From the human T2T-CHM13v2.0 reference genome, Homo sapiens, in assembly GCF_009914755.1 (NCBI RefSeq), contig NC_060925.1: a DNA stretch of 64,000 bases. One strand, given 5' to 3'. Of this stretch, positions 1 through 14,789 are shown piece after piece. The translations under genes and the position numbers were made by a program. The notes beneath the pieces were generated by a model. The model was not told the origin of the DNA, did no database searches, and worked only from the letters and a program-made list of their open reading frames with translations. How positions within the stretch are numbered: position 1 is the first letter of the stretch; each line of letters starts with the position of its first letter.

Positions 1-890
1 TATCTAAAATCTACAAAGAACTTAAACAAATTTACAAGAAAAAAACAAACAACCCCATCAAAAAATGGGCAAAGGTTATAAACAGACACTTCTCAAAAGA
101 AGACATTTATGCAGCATACAAATGAAAAAATGCTCATCATCACTGGTCATCAGAGAAATGCAAATCAAAACCACAATGAGATACCATACCATCTCAAGCC
201 AGTTAGAATGGCAATCATTAAAAAGTCAGGAAACAACAGATGCTGGAGAGGATGTGGAGAAATAGGAATGCTTTTACACTGTTGGTGGGAGTGTAAATTA
301 GTTCAACCATTGTGGAAGACAGTGTGGCAATTCCTCAAGCATCTAGAACTAGAAATACCACTTGACTCAGTGATCCCATTACTGGGTATATACCCAAAGG
401 ATTATAAATCATGCTACTATAAAGATACATGCACACGTATGTTTATTGCGGCACTATTCACAATAGCAAAAACTTGGAACCAACCCAAATGTCCATCAAT
501 GATAGACTGGATTAAGAAAATGTGGCACATATATACCATGGAATACTATGCAGCCATAAAAAAGGATGAGTTCATGTACTTTGTAGGGACATGGATAAAG
601 CTGGAAACCATCATTCTGAGCAAACTATCATAAGGACTGAAAACCAAACACTGTATGTTCTCACTCATAGGTGGGAATTGAACAATGAAAACACTTGGAC
701 ACAGGGAGGGAAACATCACACCCTGGTGCCTGTCAAGGGGTGGAGGGCTGGGGGAGGGATAGCATTAGGAGAAATACCTAATGTAAACGATGAGTTAATG
801 GGTGCAGCAAACCAACATGGCACATGTATACCTATATAACAAACCTGTACGTTGTGCACATGTACCCTAGAACTTAAAGTATAACAATAA
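1..890 (+). mobile_element. L1PA (primate LINE-1, ~L1PA5-7) 3' end: ORF2 C-terminus and 3' UTR
   Basis: ORF 109-633 is the ORF2 C-terminus ([30 protein letters not shown]) with a premature stop. Typical 3' UTR ending aacttaaagtataa. Confidence 0.95.
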
Positions 891-1258
891 TTTTTTTTAA
901 AACTCCAGTAATTATTCCTTAGTTGTCAACATATATATTAAACACATCTGGTATTCTGGGGTAAATTGTGAATTGTATGGGAATAAGCAATTCATCTACA
1001 ACCACACCTTACCTACAACAATTTTAATATAACGCTTTGTGTATTTTAGTTGCACAGTAATTACTGATCACAACCATAAAAATAAATTCAACTTTGGTCA
1101 CTTACAAAATCTATACCAGAAGTTATCTTTACTGGAAACTACTTCATCCTTGTATATAATAACCAACTGAACACTTAAAAATCCTTTATACCCTTTAGCA
1201 CTGTCTGTAAGTGCTTTACTTTGTCAGTCCTGCCCCAACTTCATGTCCCACTATTTTT

Positions 1259-1518
1259 TTTAATTACTTAAAATTATATTTTATGCTGACAAATACAAAT
1301 TGTATATATTTATCATGTACCACATGGCTAAATCAAGCTAATTCACATACTCATTACCTCTCATACTTTTTTTTGTGGTAAGAACACAAAAGCTACTCTC
1401 TTAGCAATTTTCAGGAATATAATATACTGTTATTAACAATAGTAACTGTATTATACTATAGATCTCTTGAACTTATTCCTCTTATCTAACTGATATTTCA
1501 TATCCTTTGATCAATATC
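1259..1518 (-). mobile_element. Old L1 (L1MA-like) 3' end fragment
   Basis: Motifs ctactctcttagcaattttca and agatctcttgaacttattcctc are typical of L1MA 3' ends. Confidence 0.7.
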
Positions 1519-1788
1519 TTTTTTTTAAATTTTATTATTATTAGACTTTTAAGTTTTAGGGTACATGTGCACAACGTGCAGGTTTGTTATATATGTATAC
1601 ATGAGCCACGTTGGTGTGCTGCACCCATTACCTCGTCATTTAGCATTAGGTATATCTCCTAATGCTATCCTTCCCCCCTCCCCCCACCCCACAACCGTCC
1701 CCAGTGTGTGATGTTCCCCTTCCTGTGTCCATGTGTTCTCACTGTTCAATTCTCACCTATGAGTGAGAACATGCAGTGTTTGGTTTTC
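1519..1788 (-). mobile_element. 5'-truncated L1PA 3' end (~270 bp)
   Basis: Poly-T followed by ttttaagttttagggtacatgtgcacaacgtgcagg...gagtgagaacatgcagtgtttggttttc. Confidence 0.92.
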
Positions 1789-2545
1789 CCACTATTTTTC
1801 TATCACATATCTCCTTTTGCTCTATTTAATAGTCCCTTTCATTTCCTTTTCTGAGAACCTATTTGCTCATAACAGCCCTCACACAACCTAACACTCCACT
1901 TTGATCTTTCAAGATCCTCTTCTAATTTCATCTTATCCAAGAAACTTTCAGAATCTACATATTATTTTAAAAGACTATCTCTTCCCAAAACTTCTGACCA
2001 GAGGATTTGCTCAAAATCTTTCAAATGTAGTAAACAAAGGGGTAAAAAGTTAAAACCAAAACACATATACACACACTAAACCCACAAAAAGTTATGTGGC
2101 ACACCCAGCTTTCTACCTTACCCACTGAGTGCTGAGAGCCAAAGAAAACCTTTAAAAGGGCTTCCTAAGAAATGATAAGAAAGCAGTATTTTCTATCACC
2201 AGGTTTGCATGAGTTGATATTAGGTCCTATTCCTGGGGCTCAATTAAGCCAGACTCAAAATCTATAGTTCCTAATCCTGTTCCCTGTGAATTTCCTTCAA
2301 GCTACTGTTGTCTGTCTCCATCTCAATAGGAAGGGACCAAGTCTGAGGACAGGTCTATTTAAAGTAAAAATAATCTCAGCAGTAAAATTATAAAATTACT
2401 TCAATAATTACCTCAGCAGTACATTTTTTTAAAGCTAAGCAGAAGTAACATTCACAATATATTTATACATGATATTAAGTCCAATATCTAATTGTCAAAT
2501 AATATAAATCAATTTTTCTAATTCTATTCAGACTTCTTCCCATGC

Positions 2546-3584
2546 TGTTGCGGGAAGTCAGGGACCCTGAACGGAGGGACCGGCTGGAGCCAAGGCAGAA
2601 GAAGATAAATTGTGAAGATTTCATGGACATTTATCAGTTCCCAAAATTAATACTTTGATAATTTCTTACACCTGTCTTTACTGCAATCTCTGAACATAAA
2701 TTATGAAGATTTCATGGACATTTATCACTTCTCCAATCAATACTCTTATAATTTCTTAGGCATGTCTTTACTTTAATCTCTTAATCCTGTTATCTTCGTA
2801 AACTGAGAATATACGTCACCTCAGGATCACTATTGTACAAATTGATTGTAAAATATGTGTGTTTGAACAATAGAAAATCAGTGCACCCTGAAAAAGAACA
2901 GAATAACAGCGATTTTCAGGGAACAAGGGAAGATAACCATAAGGTCTGACTGCCTGCGGGGTCGAGCAGAACAGAGCCATATTTTTCTTCTTGCAGAAAG
3001 TGAGTAGCAGAAATATCGCTGAATTATTTTCCCAGCAAGGAATAACCCTGGGGAAGGAATGCAATTCCTGTGGGTAGGTCTATGAACGGCTGCTCTGGGA
3101 ATGTCTGTCTTACGCGGTTGAGATAAGGACTGAAATACGCCCTGGTCTCCTGCAGTACCCTCAGACTTACTAGGATTGGGAAATTCCAGCCTGTTAAATT
3201 CTAGTCAGACTGGTTGTCTGCTCTCGAACCCTGTTTCCTGTTAAGATGTTTATCAAGACAATGCGTGCACAGTGGGACATAGACCCTCATCAGTAATTCT
3301 AATTTTGCCTTGCCTTGTGATCTTTATTGCCCTTTAAAGCATGTGATCCTTGTGACCTACTCCCTGTTCCACCCCCTCCCCTTTTAAAATCCCTAATAAA
3401 AACTTGCTGGTTTTGCAGCTCGGGGTCATCATCAAGGTCCTACCAATATGTGATGACACCCCCTGAGGCCCAGCTGTAAAATTTATCTCTTTGTACTCTT
3501 TCTCTTTATTTCTCAGACCGGCCGACACTTAGGGAAAATAGAAAAGAACCTACGTTGAAATACTGGGGGCTGGTTCCTCCGATA
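2546..3584 (+). mobile_element. MER11 (HERV-K11/HML-8) solo LTR, MER11C-like length
   Basis: Starts tgttgcgggaagtcagggacc and ends ggctggttcctccgata. Perfect 6-bp TSD ccatgc (2540-2545 / 3585-3590). Internal tandem copies of gaagatttcatggacatttatca. AATAAA at ~3394. Confidence 0.9.
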
Positions 3585-3738
3585 CCATGCCAAAGGAAAA
3601 TACAAAACTTTATATGAAAAATTATTTCATTCTTGCCGTGATTAAATAATAGAGACTAGCTTTACCCTCTTTCCTGAAACCAAAAAATATTGAACAAAAT
3701 ACATTAAATTATATCGAACAATGATTTTCAAGACTTTA

Positions 3739-4030
3739 GGCTTGGCACACTCATTCATGCCCGTAATTCCAACACCCTGGGAGGCCAAGGTGGGCAGATT
3801 GCTTCAGCCCAGGCGTTCGAGACAAGCCTGGACAACACGGCGAAACCCCATCTCTATAAAAAGTACAAAAATTAGCTGGGCATGGTGGCACACACCTATA
3901 GTCCCAGCTACTCGGGAGGCAGAGGTGGAAGGATCACCCGAGCCCAGGAGGTCAAGGATGCAGTGAGCTGTGATGGCACCATTGCACTCCAGCCTGAGCA
4001 ACAGAGTAAGACCCTGTCTTTAAAAAAAAT
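3739..4030 (+). mobile_element. AluJ-like SINE
   Basis: Dimeric Alu with TSD aagactt(t/c)ag. Confidence 0.9.
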
Positions 4031-6964
4031 AAATATATATATAAATAAAGACTTCAGACAACAGGCAGCATTGGAGAAGAATTCCTGAGACTCGGGACAT
4101 AAGTAAAGTAAACTCTGTGACTGCCATTTTAACCACCTTGAAATTCAGTTTCAGGGCCCTATAACAGGTGGGGAAAATTGAGATACAGTCTTGTGTGCTC
4201 CCTGAACTGAGGAGATGATGAGAAGAGTCATTGCAAGTCAGATAAACCATATTTCAGGTACTCAATGGCAGTGAGACCAAGGTGTCTAGAGTTCACAGGT
4301 CATGACCAGAGATGAAAGAACTATACAGAGATCTTCAGAGATAGGTAGATCTCCATCAAATATTCAGCTGGGAACTGATCAATGCATTCATGTAAGGAAA
4401 CTATCCATGGCCAGAGAATCAACCACCAGAAAAGATTAGATGTAACCATGGCTAACATTCACACATGGTAGAAAATTATACCTATCCTCACCAGCCAGAC
4501 TGGAAAAGTTACTGTTTCAAGACACATTGGGAAGAGTACACAAAAGGGTCTCGCCTCAGTAGGGGGGAATAATAGTCCTAGGTTCTGTATTACTCCAGAA
4601 CAAATTCTTTTGAAGTAATTTAACTGCATGCCAGAACAAAATTCAAGAATATTTATAGGAAAATAGAAAATAGTCAAACACGACAAGATAAAATTCACAA
4701 TCTCAGGTATTCAATAAAAAATTATCAGGCTTTGAGACCAGCCTGAATAACACGGTGAAACCCCATCTCTACAAAAAATACAAAAATTAGCAGGGCATGA
4801 TGGCACACACCTGTAGTCCCAGCCACTTGGGAGGCAGAGGTCGAAGGATCACCTGAGCCAAGGAGGTCAAAGCTGCAGTGAGCCGTGGTCACGCCACTGT
4901 ACTCAAGCCTGGGTGACAGAGTGAGATTTTGTTTAAAAAAAAAAAAAATCAGGCATGCAAAGCAGAAGAAAAGCATAACCAATAATGAGGTGGGGGGGAA
5001 ATCAATCCATCAAAAGCAAACCAGCATTAACTCAAATGTTAGAATGACCAGAGAGCCCATTAAAAGTTATTATAACTGTATCCTATATATTCAAAAGTTT
5101 AATAGAGACATATTAAAAAACACTCAGCTCTAGCTTCTAAAGATAAAACTATAACACAATGTGAGAGATAAAAAATACACTAGATGGGATTAATAGCAAC
5201 TTAGATATGGCAAAAGACAGTATTAGTGAATTTGAATACGTAGCAACTTTCCAAAAAATGAACAAAGCATCAGTGAGCTGTGGAACAACTTCAAGTGGCC
5301 TAATATGTGTGTACTTAGAGTCTCTAAAGAAGAGGCAAGAAAGGGACAAAAAATTATCTGAAGAAAACATTGGCTCCAAAATTTCCACATTTGAAGAAAA
5401 CTATAAATCCATAAGAAGTTCAACACATCACAAATGTAAGAAACATGGAAAAAACAATGACACCTCAGAATCAAATTGCTTAAAACCAGTGATAAAGCAG
5501 AGAAAAGAGACATATACAAAGAAACAAATGTGCTTGAGAGTAACAAACAAACAAAAAGACAAGGAACACACTGAATTTCTCACTGAAAACACAAGAGAGA
5601 AATCAATGAAATCGCAACATTAAAATATTTGGAAAATAAAAACTGTCAACCTATTAAATAGAATTCTATAGTCAAAGAAATATATGTAAAAATCAAAGCC
5701 AAAATGATGACCTTCTCAAACATACAAACGCTAAATAATTCATCACCAATACCACCAACTACATGAAATGTTAAAGAAAAAGTATTTCGAGAAGGAAATA
5801 TCAGATGGAAATCTGGATCTAAAGAAAGGACAGAAGAGCATTAGAAATGGTAACTAAATAGGTAAACACATAAAAGTTTTTTCTTATTATTTCAATCTCA
5901 TTTAAAGATAATTGACTGTTGAGTTAAAAAATAATGTAGTGTAGAGTTTATAACACATATAAAAGTAAAATGCATGACAAAACTGGTACAAAGGACTGGA
6001 CAGGAGAAATGCAAGTGTGCTATTATAAGGTGCTTACAGTACATGTGAAGTGGTATAACCCTCAAAGTCAGACTGATAAGTTAAAGATTTATATTATAAA
6101 TCTTAACACAACCACCAAAATAACAGTTATAGCTTATAAATCAATAAATGAACTATAACAAAATCATAAAAATATTCAATAAAGTCAAAGATGGCAGAAT
6201 TAAAGGAAACAATATAAGACAAGTTTAAATATAACAATATTAATAATCACCTTAAATGTAAATAACCTATTTTCCTCAAAAATCTCAAAAACATTATGTT
6301 GTATGAAAGAAGTCGGTTACAAAAGGCCACTTATTGTATCCATCATAATGAAATGTCCAGAATAGGCAAATCCATAGAGACAGAAAATATATTAGTGGTT
6401 ACCAGGGGCTGGAAGGAAGGTGAATGAGGAGACTAATGGGTACAGAGTTTCTTTTTGGGGTGATGGAAATATTCTGAATGGGAGTTTGGATAGTAGTAAT
6501 AATGGCACAAATTTGTGAACATATGAAAAACCACTAAACTGTACCCTTTAAAAGTGTGAATTTTAGATCCATCCCTGCTAGATTTGTTCATAAAAGGTTT
6601 GGCCATCTGACTTACTTTGGCCAATAAAATTTAAGTAGAAATTATGTATACCACTCCCTAGGGGATGCTTTAAGGTATTTCAACTAGATCTCTTTTCTGT
6701 CTGTCATGAGTCTGATTTATCCCAGATAGATGCCGGCTGCGGTCACAGAACAAAGCACAGTAAAGCAAAGATGTATCCAACCTACTAATTGAGATGAATG
6801 TAAATGTGAGCAAAAAATAAAACTTTAATTTTTTAAAAAAATAAAATGGCTTAAATAACCCAATTAAAAGACAAAGATTGTCAGATTGTATTTTTAAAAG
6901 CAAAACCCAACTAAATGCTACTAACAGACAAACTCCAAAGATTTTTTCTAGGTATGATGGCTCA

Positions 6965-7312
<348 letters not shown>

Positions 7313-7549
7313 TTAATATAAGATAAAGTAGATTTCCAAGGAAACAACATTACCAAAGATAAAGAAGGTCATTTTACAAGAGGATATAACAATCCTAAAT
7401 GTTTATATACCTAAAATAGAACTTCAAATTACATGAAAGACAGAATTTAAAAAGAAATAGATAAATCCACAATTATAATTTGAAGTTACTGCTCTTCTCT
7501 CAATATCTGATATAACATGTAAACAGAAAGCCAACAAAGATGTACCAAT

Positions 7550-8607
7550 AATAGTCACCCCTTATCCACAGTTTCACTTGCCATGGTTTCTTTTTTTTCT
7601 TTTTTTTTTTTGGAGACAAAGTCTCGCTCTGTCGCCCAGGCTAGAGTGCAGAGTACAGAGGCGCGATCTCTGCTCACTGCAATCTCTGTCTCCTGGGTTC
7701 AAACAGTTCTCCTGCCTCACCCTCTGGAGTAGCTGGGATTACAGGCACCCGCCACCATGCCCAGCTAATTGTTGTATTTTTAGTAAAGACAGGGTTTCGC
7801 CATGTTGGCCAGGTTGGTCTTGAACTCCTGATCTCAGGTGATCCGCCCACCTTGGCCTCCCAAAGTGCTAAGATTACAGGCATGAGCCACCGGGCCCAGC
7901 GAATCATGGTTTCAATTATGCACAATCAACTGTAGTCCAAAAATATTAAACAGAAAGTTCCAGAAGTAAATAATTCAAAAGTTTTAAATTGTGTACCATT
8001 CTGAGCAGAACGATGAAATCTCATGCCATGCTACTCCGTCCTGCCTGGGAAGTGAATCATCCCCTTGCCCAGTGTACCCATGCTGTATGTGCTACCAGCT
8101 GGCTAATATTTAGTAACCATCTGAGTCAGTTATCAGATATACTATTGCGATATCACAGTGATTGCATTCAACCCACCCTTATTTTACTTAATAACGGCCC
8201 CAAACCACAAAAGTAGTGATGCTGGCAATTTGAATATGTCAAAGGGAAGCTGTTAAAGTGCTTCCTTCAAGTGAGAAGGTGAAAGTTCTCTACTTAATAA
8301 GGAAACAAACAAAATTGAATGCTGAGGCTGCTAAGATTTATGGTAAGAATAAATCTTCTATCTGTGAAACTGTGAAGGAAAAATAAATTCATACTGATTT
8401 TATTCTTGCACTTCAAACTACAAAAGTTATGGTCACAATGTATGATAAATGCTTAATTAAGATGAAAACAGCATTAAATTTGTGAGTAGAAGTCATGAAC
8501 AGAAATACGTTTCAGTTGATGACAATGAGGTCTGAAACTATCCACAGTTTCAGGTATCTCCTGGGTGTCTTGGAAAGTATCCCGCACACATAAGGGGGGA
8601 CTACTAT
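7550..8607 (+). mobile_element. MER44-type (Tigger7 derivative) DNA transposon with a nested minus-strand Alu (~7588-7899)
   Basis: Terminal inverted repeats tagtcaccccttatcc ... ataagggggactacta. Confidence 0.75.
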
Positions 8608-8747
8608 ATAGCACTAAATGACTTTATTAGAAAAGAAAGGTCACACAGACATTACAAGGTGACAACATATTACCGATAAAGGTCAAGGACTTTTGAAGAC
8701 AACTTCATATCCATTTCCCTCATGAACACAGATGCAAATACATTCAA

Positions 8748-9054
8748 CTCTCCATATCCTTCAGGGATTGGTTCCCTGATACCAAAGATACCAAAGATAC
8801 CAAAATGTGTGGGTGGTGACGTCCTTAGATCAAATGGTATAGTATTTGCATATGACCTATGCACATCCTCCTTATATTTTAAATCAGCTCTGGATGACTT
8901 TTAGTACCTAATACAATGTAAACATTATATAATAGTTATATGTATTTTTTATTTGTATTATTTTTATTGTTGTATGTTATTTCTTATTTTAAAACGTATT
9001 TTCCATCTGTGGTTCTGCAAATGCAGAACTTGTGGATATGGAGCGCAGACTGTA
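8748..9054. mobile_element. MER2-type (Tigger) DNA transposon remnant
   Basis: gggattggttcc...aaatggtatagtatttgcatatgacctatgcacatcctcc...ggatatggagcgcagactgta. Confidence 0.7.
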
Positions 9055-9295
9055 TCACAAACAAAATTTTAGCAAATTGAATCCAATACTTTACAAAGAA
9101 AAGATATAATGATGAAGTGGGGTTTATCCTAAGAATGTAAAGTCGGTTTAACATTGAAAAATCAATGTAATTTGCCGTATTATCAGACTGAAAGAAGAAA
9201 ACCATTAATGATCATTTCAGTAGAGGCAAAAAAAGCATTTGACAAAATCCAAAATCTGTTTTACATAAATTCTCAGCAAACAAGAAATAGAAAGA

Positions 9296-10550
9296 GGTGT
9301 CAAGTGCAATAGCTAATGCCGGTAATGCCAGCCTTTGGGAGGCAGAGGCAGGAGGATCACTTGAGCCCAGGAGTTTAAGACCAGCCTGGGCAATATGGCA
9401 AAACCCCATCTCTACAAAAAAGTACAAAAGTTAGCCAGGCATGATGGCACGTGCCTGTAATCCCAGGAGGCAGGGCTTGGAGAATCACTTGAGCCCAGGA
9501 GAAGGCTACAGCAAGCCCTGATTGTGCCACTGCACTACAGCAGCCTAAGTGACAGAGCAAGACCCCCATCTCTAAAAGAAAGAAAGAAGGAAATGGAGAA
9601 AGAAAGAAATGGAAAGCGGCTGGTCACAGTGGTTCACGCCTGTAATCCCAGCACTTTGGGAACCCAAGTCCTTGAAGCCAGGAGTTTGAGATTAATCCAG
9701 GCAACGAAGCAAGACCCCGTCTCTACAAAAATATTAAAAAAAAAAATTAACCAAGTGTAGTGGTGCATGCATGTAATTCTAGCTACTCAGGAGGCTGAGG
9801 TGGAAGGATCACTTGAGCCCAGGAGACCAAGGCAGCAGCAAGCCATGATTATGCCACTGCATTCCAGCCTTGGTGACAAAGCAAGACCTTCTCTCACAAA
9901 AAAAAAAAAAAAAAAAAGGAACTTCCTCAGTCTGACAAAGGCCATATCCAAAAAATACAGTTAACATCAAGCTTAATGCTTTCTTCTTAAGATCAGAAAA
10001 AGAACAGGTATGTCTGTTCACCACTTCCATTCAAATTTATACAGGAGGTTCCCAGTTAGTAGCAATGGTCAAGAAAATAAATAAAAGGCATCCAGATTGG
10101 AAAGAAGCAAAAGTGCTCTTATTCACAGATGATAGGCTCATCTACATAGAAAATCTAATGGAATCTAGACAAAAACCAAAAAAAACTACCAAAACAATAA
10201 CTGAGTTTAGCAAAGCTGCAGGATACATGAATCAATATAAGAAAAACAATTGTAGAGCCAGGCACAGTGGCTCAGGCCTGTAATCCCAGCACTTTGGGAG
10301 GCCGAGGTAGGCAAATCACTTGAGGTCAGGAGCTCGAGACCAGTCTGGCCAACATGGTGAAACCCCATCTCTACTAAAAATACAAAAATTAGCCGTCATA
10401 GTGGCACATGCCTATAATCCTAGCTACTCAGGAGGCTGAGGGAGAAGAATTGCTTCAACTCAGGAGGCAGAGGTCACAGTGAGCAGAGATCACACCACTG
10501 CACTCCAGCCTGAGTGAGTGAGGCCCCATTTCAAAAAAACAAAAAAAGAA
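9296..10550 (+). mobile_element. Three plus-strand Alus (~9296-9600, 9618-9917, 10257-10550) within L1
   Basis: Alu consensus motifs and A tails. Confidence 0.85.
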
Positions 10551-11832
10551 ATACAATTGTATTTTCTTTTTAACACAGAAGGTGTTGACAATTGTAGTTC
10601 TATATGCCAGCAATGAACAATTAAAAATGAAGTTTACAAAAACAATACCATTGACAAATAATAATTGAGAAATACATTGTGTTCATGGGGAGGAAGGCAA
10701 TATTGTTAGAGATTTAATGCAATCCCAACCAAAATTTCAGCAGGCGTTTTTGTAGAAATTAACAACTTGATTGTAAAATTCATTTGGGGATGCCAAGGAC
10801 CAAAAATAGGCCAAAAAAAGAACAACAGTGGAGGCCTAACACTATCTGATTTCAAGACTCAGTATAAGCCTACAATAATCAAGGCAGTATAGTGCTAGTA
10901 TTAAGATAGACATGTAGACCAACAGAACAGAATAGAGCCCAGAAATAGACTCATACACATACAGACAACTGATATCTGACAAAAATGCAAAAGTAATTAA
11001 GTAAAGAAAGAACAGCCATTTCAATAAATGGTACAGGAATAATTAGATGTCCATATTCAAAAAATGAACTCCAAATGTATCACAGAGCTAAATGTCAAAC
11101 TTAAAACTATAAAACGTTCAGGAAAAAAATAGGAGAGAAACGGTATAATCTTGGATCACCGAAAGCACAATCCATAAAAGAACAATTTGAAATTGTAACT
11201 TAATCAAAATTTAAAATTTCTGTTCTTTAGTGGCACGAGAGAGATGGCACAGTTGAACACTGGGCAGCACTGCCAGATTTTCTTTCATTTGTGTGTGATA
11301 CTCAGGAATATTTTGCCTTGAATACAAAAGCTGGCGGCAGTCTCATGGTTGTCCTGAGATGACTGTAATCAATGAGAGACTGAAGACATAAACATAAATT
11401 TTACCCATGCTCATTCAAGGACCGTGTTGAAAAACTTGTGGCAGTTATACGTCCTTACTGTGAGAATAATTTTTGCCTGAGACACCATCATCAGTCAGAT
11501 CACAAGTGTGAAAAACTGGAAATCCCAAAGCCTTACATGACTGCCACTCAGTAACTTGTTAAAGACATTGATTCCAAAACAGGAGAGACAGCAAGCAAAG
11601 AAGGGAAAGGTGACAAAAAATAGTGAAACAGCTGCAAAGGAATTGCATTGAAATTGAGGATATATGCTGATGGAGATATATCACTGCCACAGGGAGAAAC
11701 TATTTGCTTTCAAGTTTTCTTACCTAAGGGGAGCAAAGAGAAGGGCAAACCAATGTTCTTTTCCATGGATGAAGCATCAGAAAGGTCACAAACTTTGCCA
11801 CTTCTCTGGCCAGTCTTAAAGCTTTGACAATA

Positions 11833-12295
<463 letters not shown>

Positions 12296-13682
12296 TTAAC
12301 AGCTAAGAAATTAAGGTTGTGTCACATTACTTCAGGAGAAGCCTTATCCTTAGAACTTACTTTGGAAACCTGGATTGCTAAATTGGATTGTCCTTTATAA
12401 AATGGTGGAAATAAAATCTTGGAGTATCTTAATGATGAATGATAATTTTGTAAAAATGTTGAATCTTACTTGGAATAGTCATTCAAGGATTCGGGCCAGA
12501 AATCACAAGGAAAATTCTACATACATGGTTAAGTCAATTTCTTTTACTACAATTTCTTTTTTTAATTCTTAAAAGTTGCTTTTTAACTTATTTCCACTGA
12601 TGTCGTATTTTACATTATCATCTTTTTTTTTTTTTTTAAATGAGACGGACTCTTACTCCATAGCCCAAGCTGGAATGCAGTGGCATGATCTCAGCTAACT
12701 GCAACCTCCACCTCCCACGCTCAAGCAATTTCCTGCCTCAGCCTCCCGAGTAGCTGGAACTACAGGCACGCGCCACCACACCCAGCTAATTTTTTTTTTT
12801 TTAATTTTAGTAAAGATGAGGTTTCACCATGTTGCCCAAGGTGGTCTCGAACTCCTGAGACTGGGCAATCCGCCCACCTCAGCCTCCCAAAGTACTGGGA
12901 TTACAGGCGTGAGACACAGCACCCGGTCTACATTATCAGCTTTCTATTAAATTTGAGTGTTTGTGTTTTAACTATGTGCTGATCCTCAATTATTTGCAAA
13001 TTATTATAATTAATTAGCTTTCATTAGGTTATGCTGCAGTTAACAACAACAAAGGTGCGTTTCCTGTTGAGTATTGTCAGCTGTTGACTGGCTGTAGCAC
13101 TGCTCCAAGTCATCTTCACTCCAGGATCAAAAGTGAAGCAAAGTCCCTTTTGGGACACTGTCATTCTTTTGGCAGAGGAAGCAAGAGATGAAAGAAACTT
13201 CAGTTTTCTCTTACAAGACACATGTACCATATTTGCTTTAAGCAAGTTATATGGCCACGCCTAGCATCATGGGGGCCGGAAAGTATAGCCTCGCTGTCTA
13301 CCTACATCATGATGTATAAATTGATGTATATACATTAATTGTAGGAACTTACAGATCATATTCATTCAATCTCCTAATTTTTGCATGAAGAATGTTAGGC
13401 CTAGGATGAGAGAATGATTTTCTTGGTATCACTTAACTGCATTGGGGCATATTTCTGATAAAGACCCACTTCCAGTAGGATTCATCTTTTTTGTTTGTAT
13501 GAATGTGTTACAAATGAGAAGAAAGATGGGATAGCTCAACTTCATTACGGTCCGTGTATAAATACCAAAGCAAAACACTTGCCGAAAGTAACTACATTTT
13601 ACCAACAAATTCAGATAAATGCTCTTGACTGATGTTTTCTATTGACACCCAGAAAATACTACTATAAGCAGAACAGAAACTA

Positions 13683-13778
13683 TTTCTTTTTCTTCTTTTT
13701 TTTTGAGACGGAGTCTCACTCTGTCGCCCAGGCTGCAGTGCAGTGGCATGATCTCCGCTCACTGCAAGCTCCACCTCC
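13683..13778 (-). mobile_element. 5'-truncated Alu right-arm fragment
   Basis: 16-bp TSD aacagaaactatttct on both sides. Confidence 0.85.
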
Positions 13779-14789
13779 AACAGAAACTATTTCTATTTAT
13801 CCTTTGTCTCTTTTCTATTCTAATTGTCATGGACATGTATAGTGGCTTTAGATTTACTTAAAGGAGTAAACTTGGAATGCTCAAAGATAAATAAAATAAG
13901 ATAAAACTTCTGCTTTTGAAAGACACTTTTAAGAGAATGGTAAGCTGCCAGCTGGGGGAAGAATTTGAAAGTCATGTGCTTGATACAAGACTTTTACCCC
14001 AAACATATAAAGAACTCTCCAAACATAGTAATAAGAAAGCAAATAATCAAATTTTTTTAAAAAAATCAAAGAATATATACAGATGACAAATAAACACATA
14101 AAAAGATGCTCAAAACCAACAGAGAAATGCAAATTAAAACCAGAGATACTAATACCTAATAAAATGGCTTAAACTAAAAAGACTGATCATACCAAGTGTT
14201 GACAAGGATGTAGAAGAACTGGTAATTTCATACACTGCTGGCGGGATATCAAAAATACAGGCCCTTTGAAAAACAGTTTGGCAGTTAAACATATACCTAC
14301 CATATGATCCAGTCATTCCATTCCAAGAGAAATGAAAGCATATATCCATGCAAAGGCTTAAACACAAATGTTTATGGCATTTAATAGCAACAGGTGAGTG
14401 AATAAACTGTGATATTTCCACATGATGGAATACTATAAAAAGGAATCAACTATCAATATGTGCTATAACATGACTTTCAAAATTATGCTGAGTGAAATAA
14501 TCCATACCAAAAAAACTACATACTGTATGATTCCATTTCTACAAAATTCTAGAAAATGCAAACTACAGTGGCTGCCTGGGGGCAGCGACGGGGATAATGG
14601 AGATGTTCATTTTCTTGATTTTGGCGACAATTTCACAGGTGTATACATATGTCAGAATGTATCAAATTGTACAGTTTACGCATAGTTGATTACAACAATA
14701 CATCAAAAAACCTGTTAAAAGTTATTTTTGTTATGATTTTAAGCCAGTAGCATTATATAGCTTGACTGAGCACAAAAGGGTGCTCTTCC

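Noticed and set aside
109-633. 174-aa ORF
   Set aside because: Frameshifted, prematurely terminated C-terminus of L1 ORF2.
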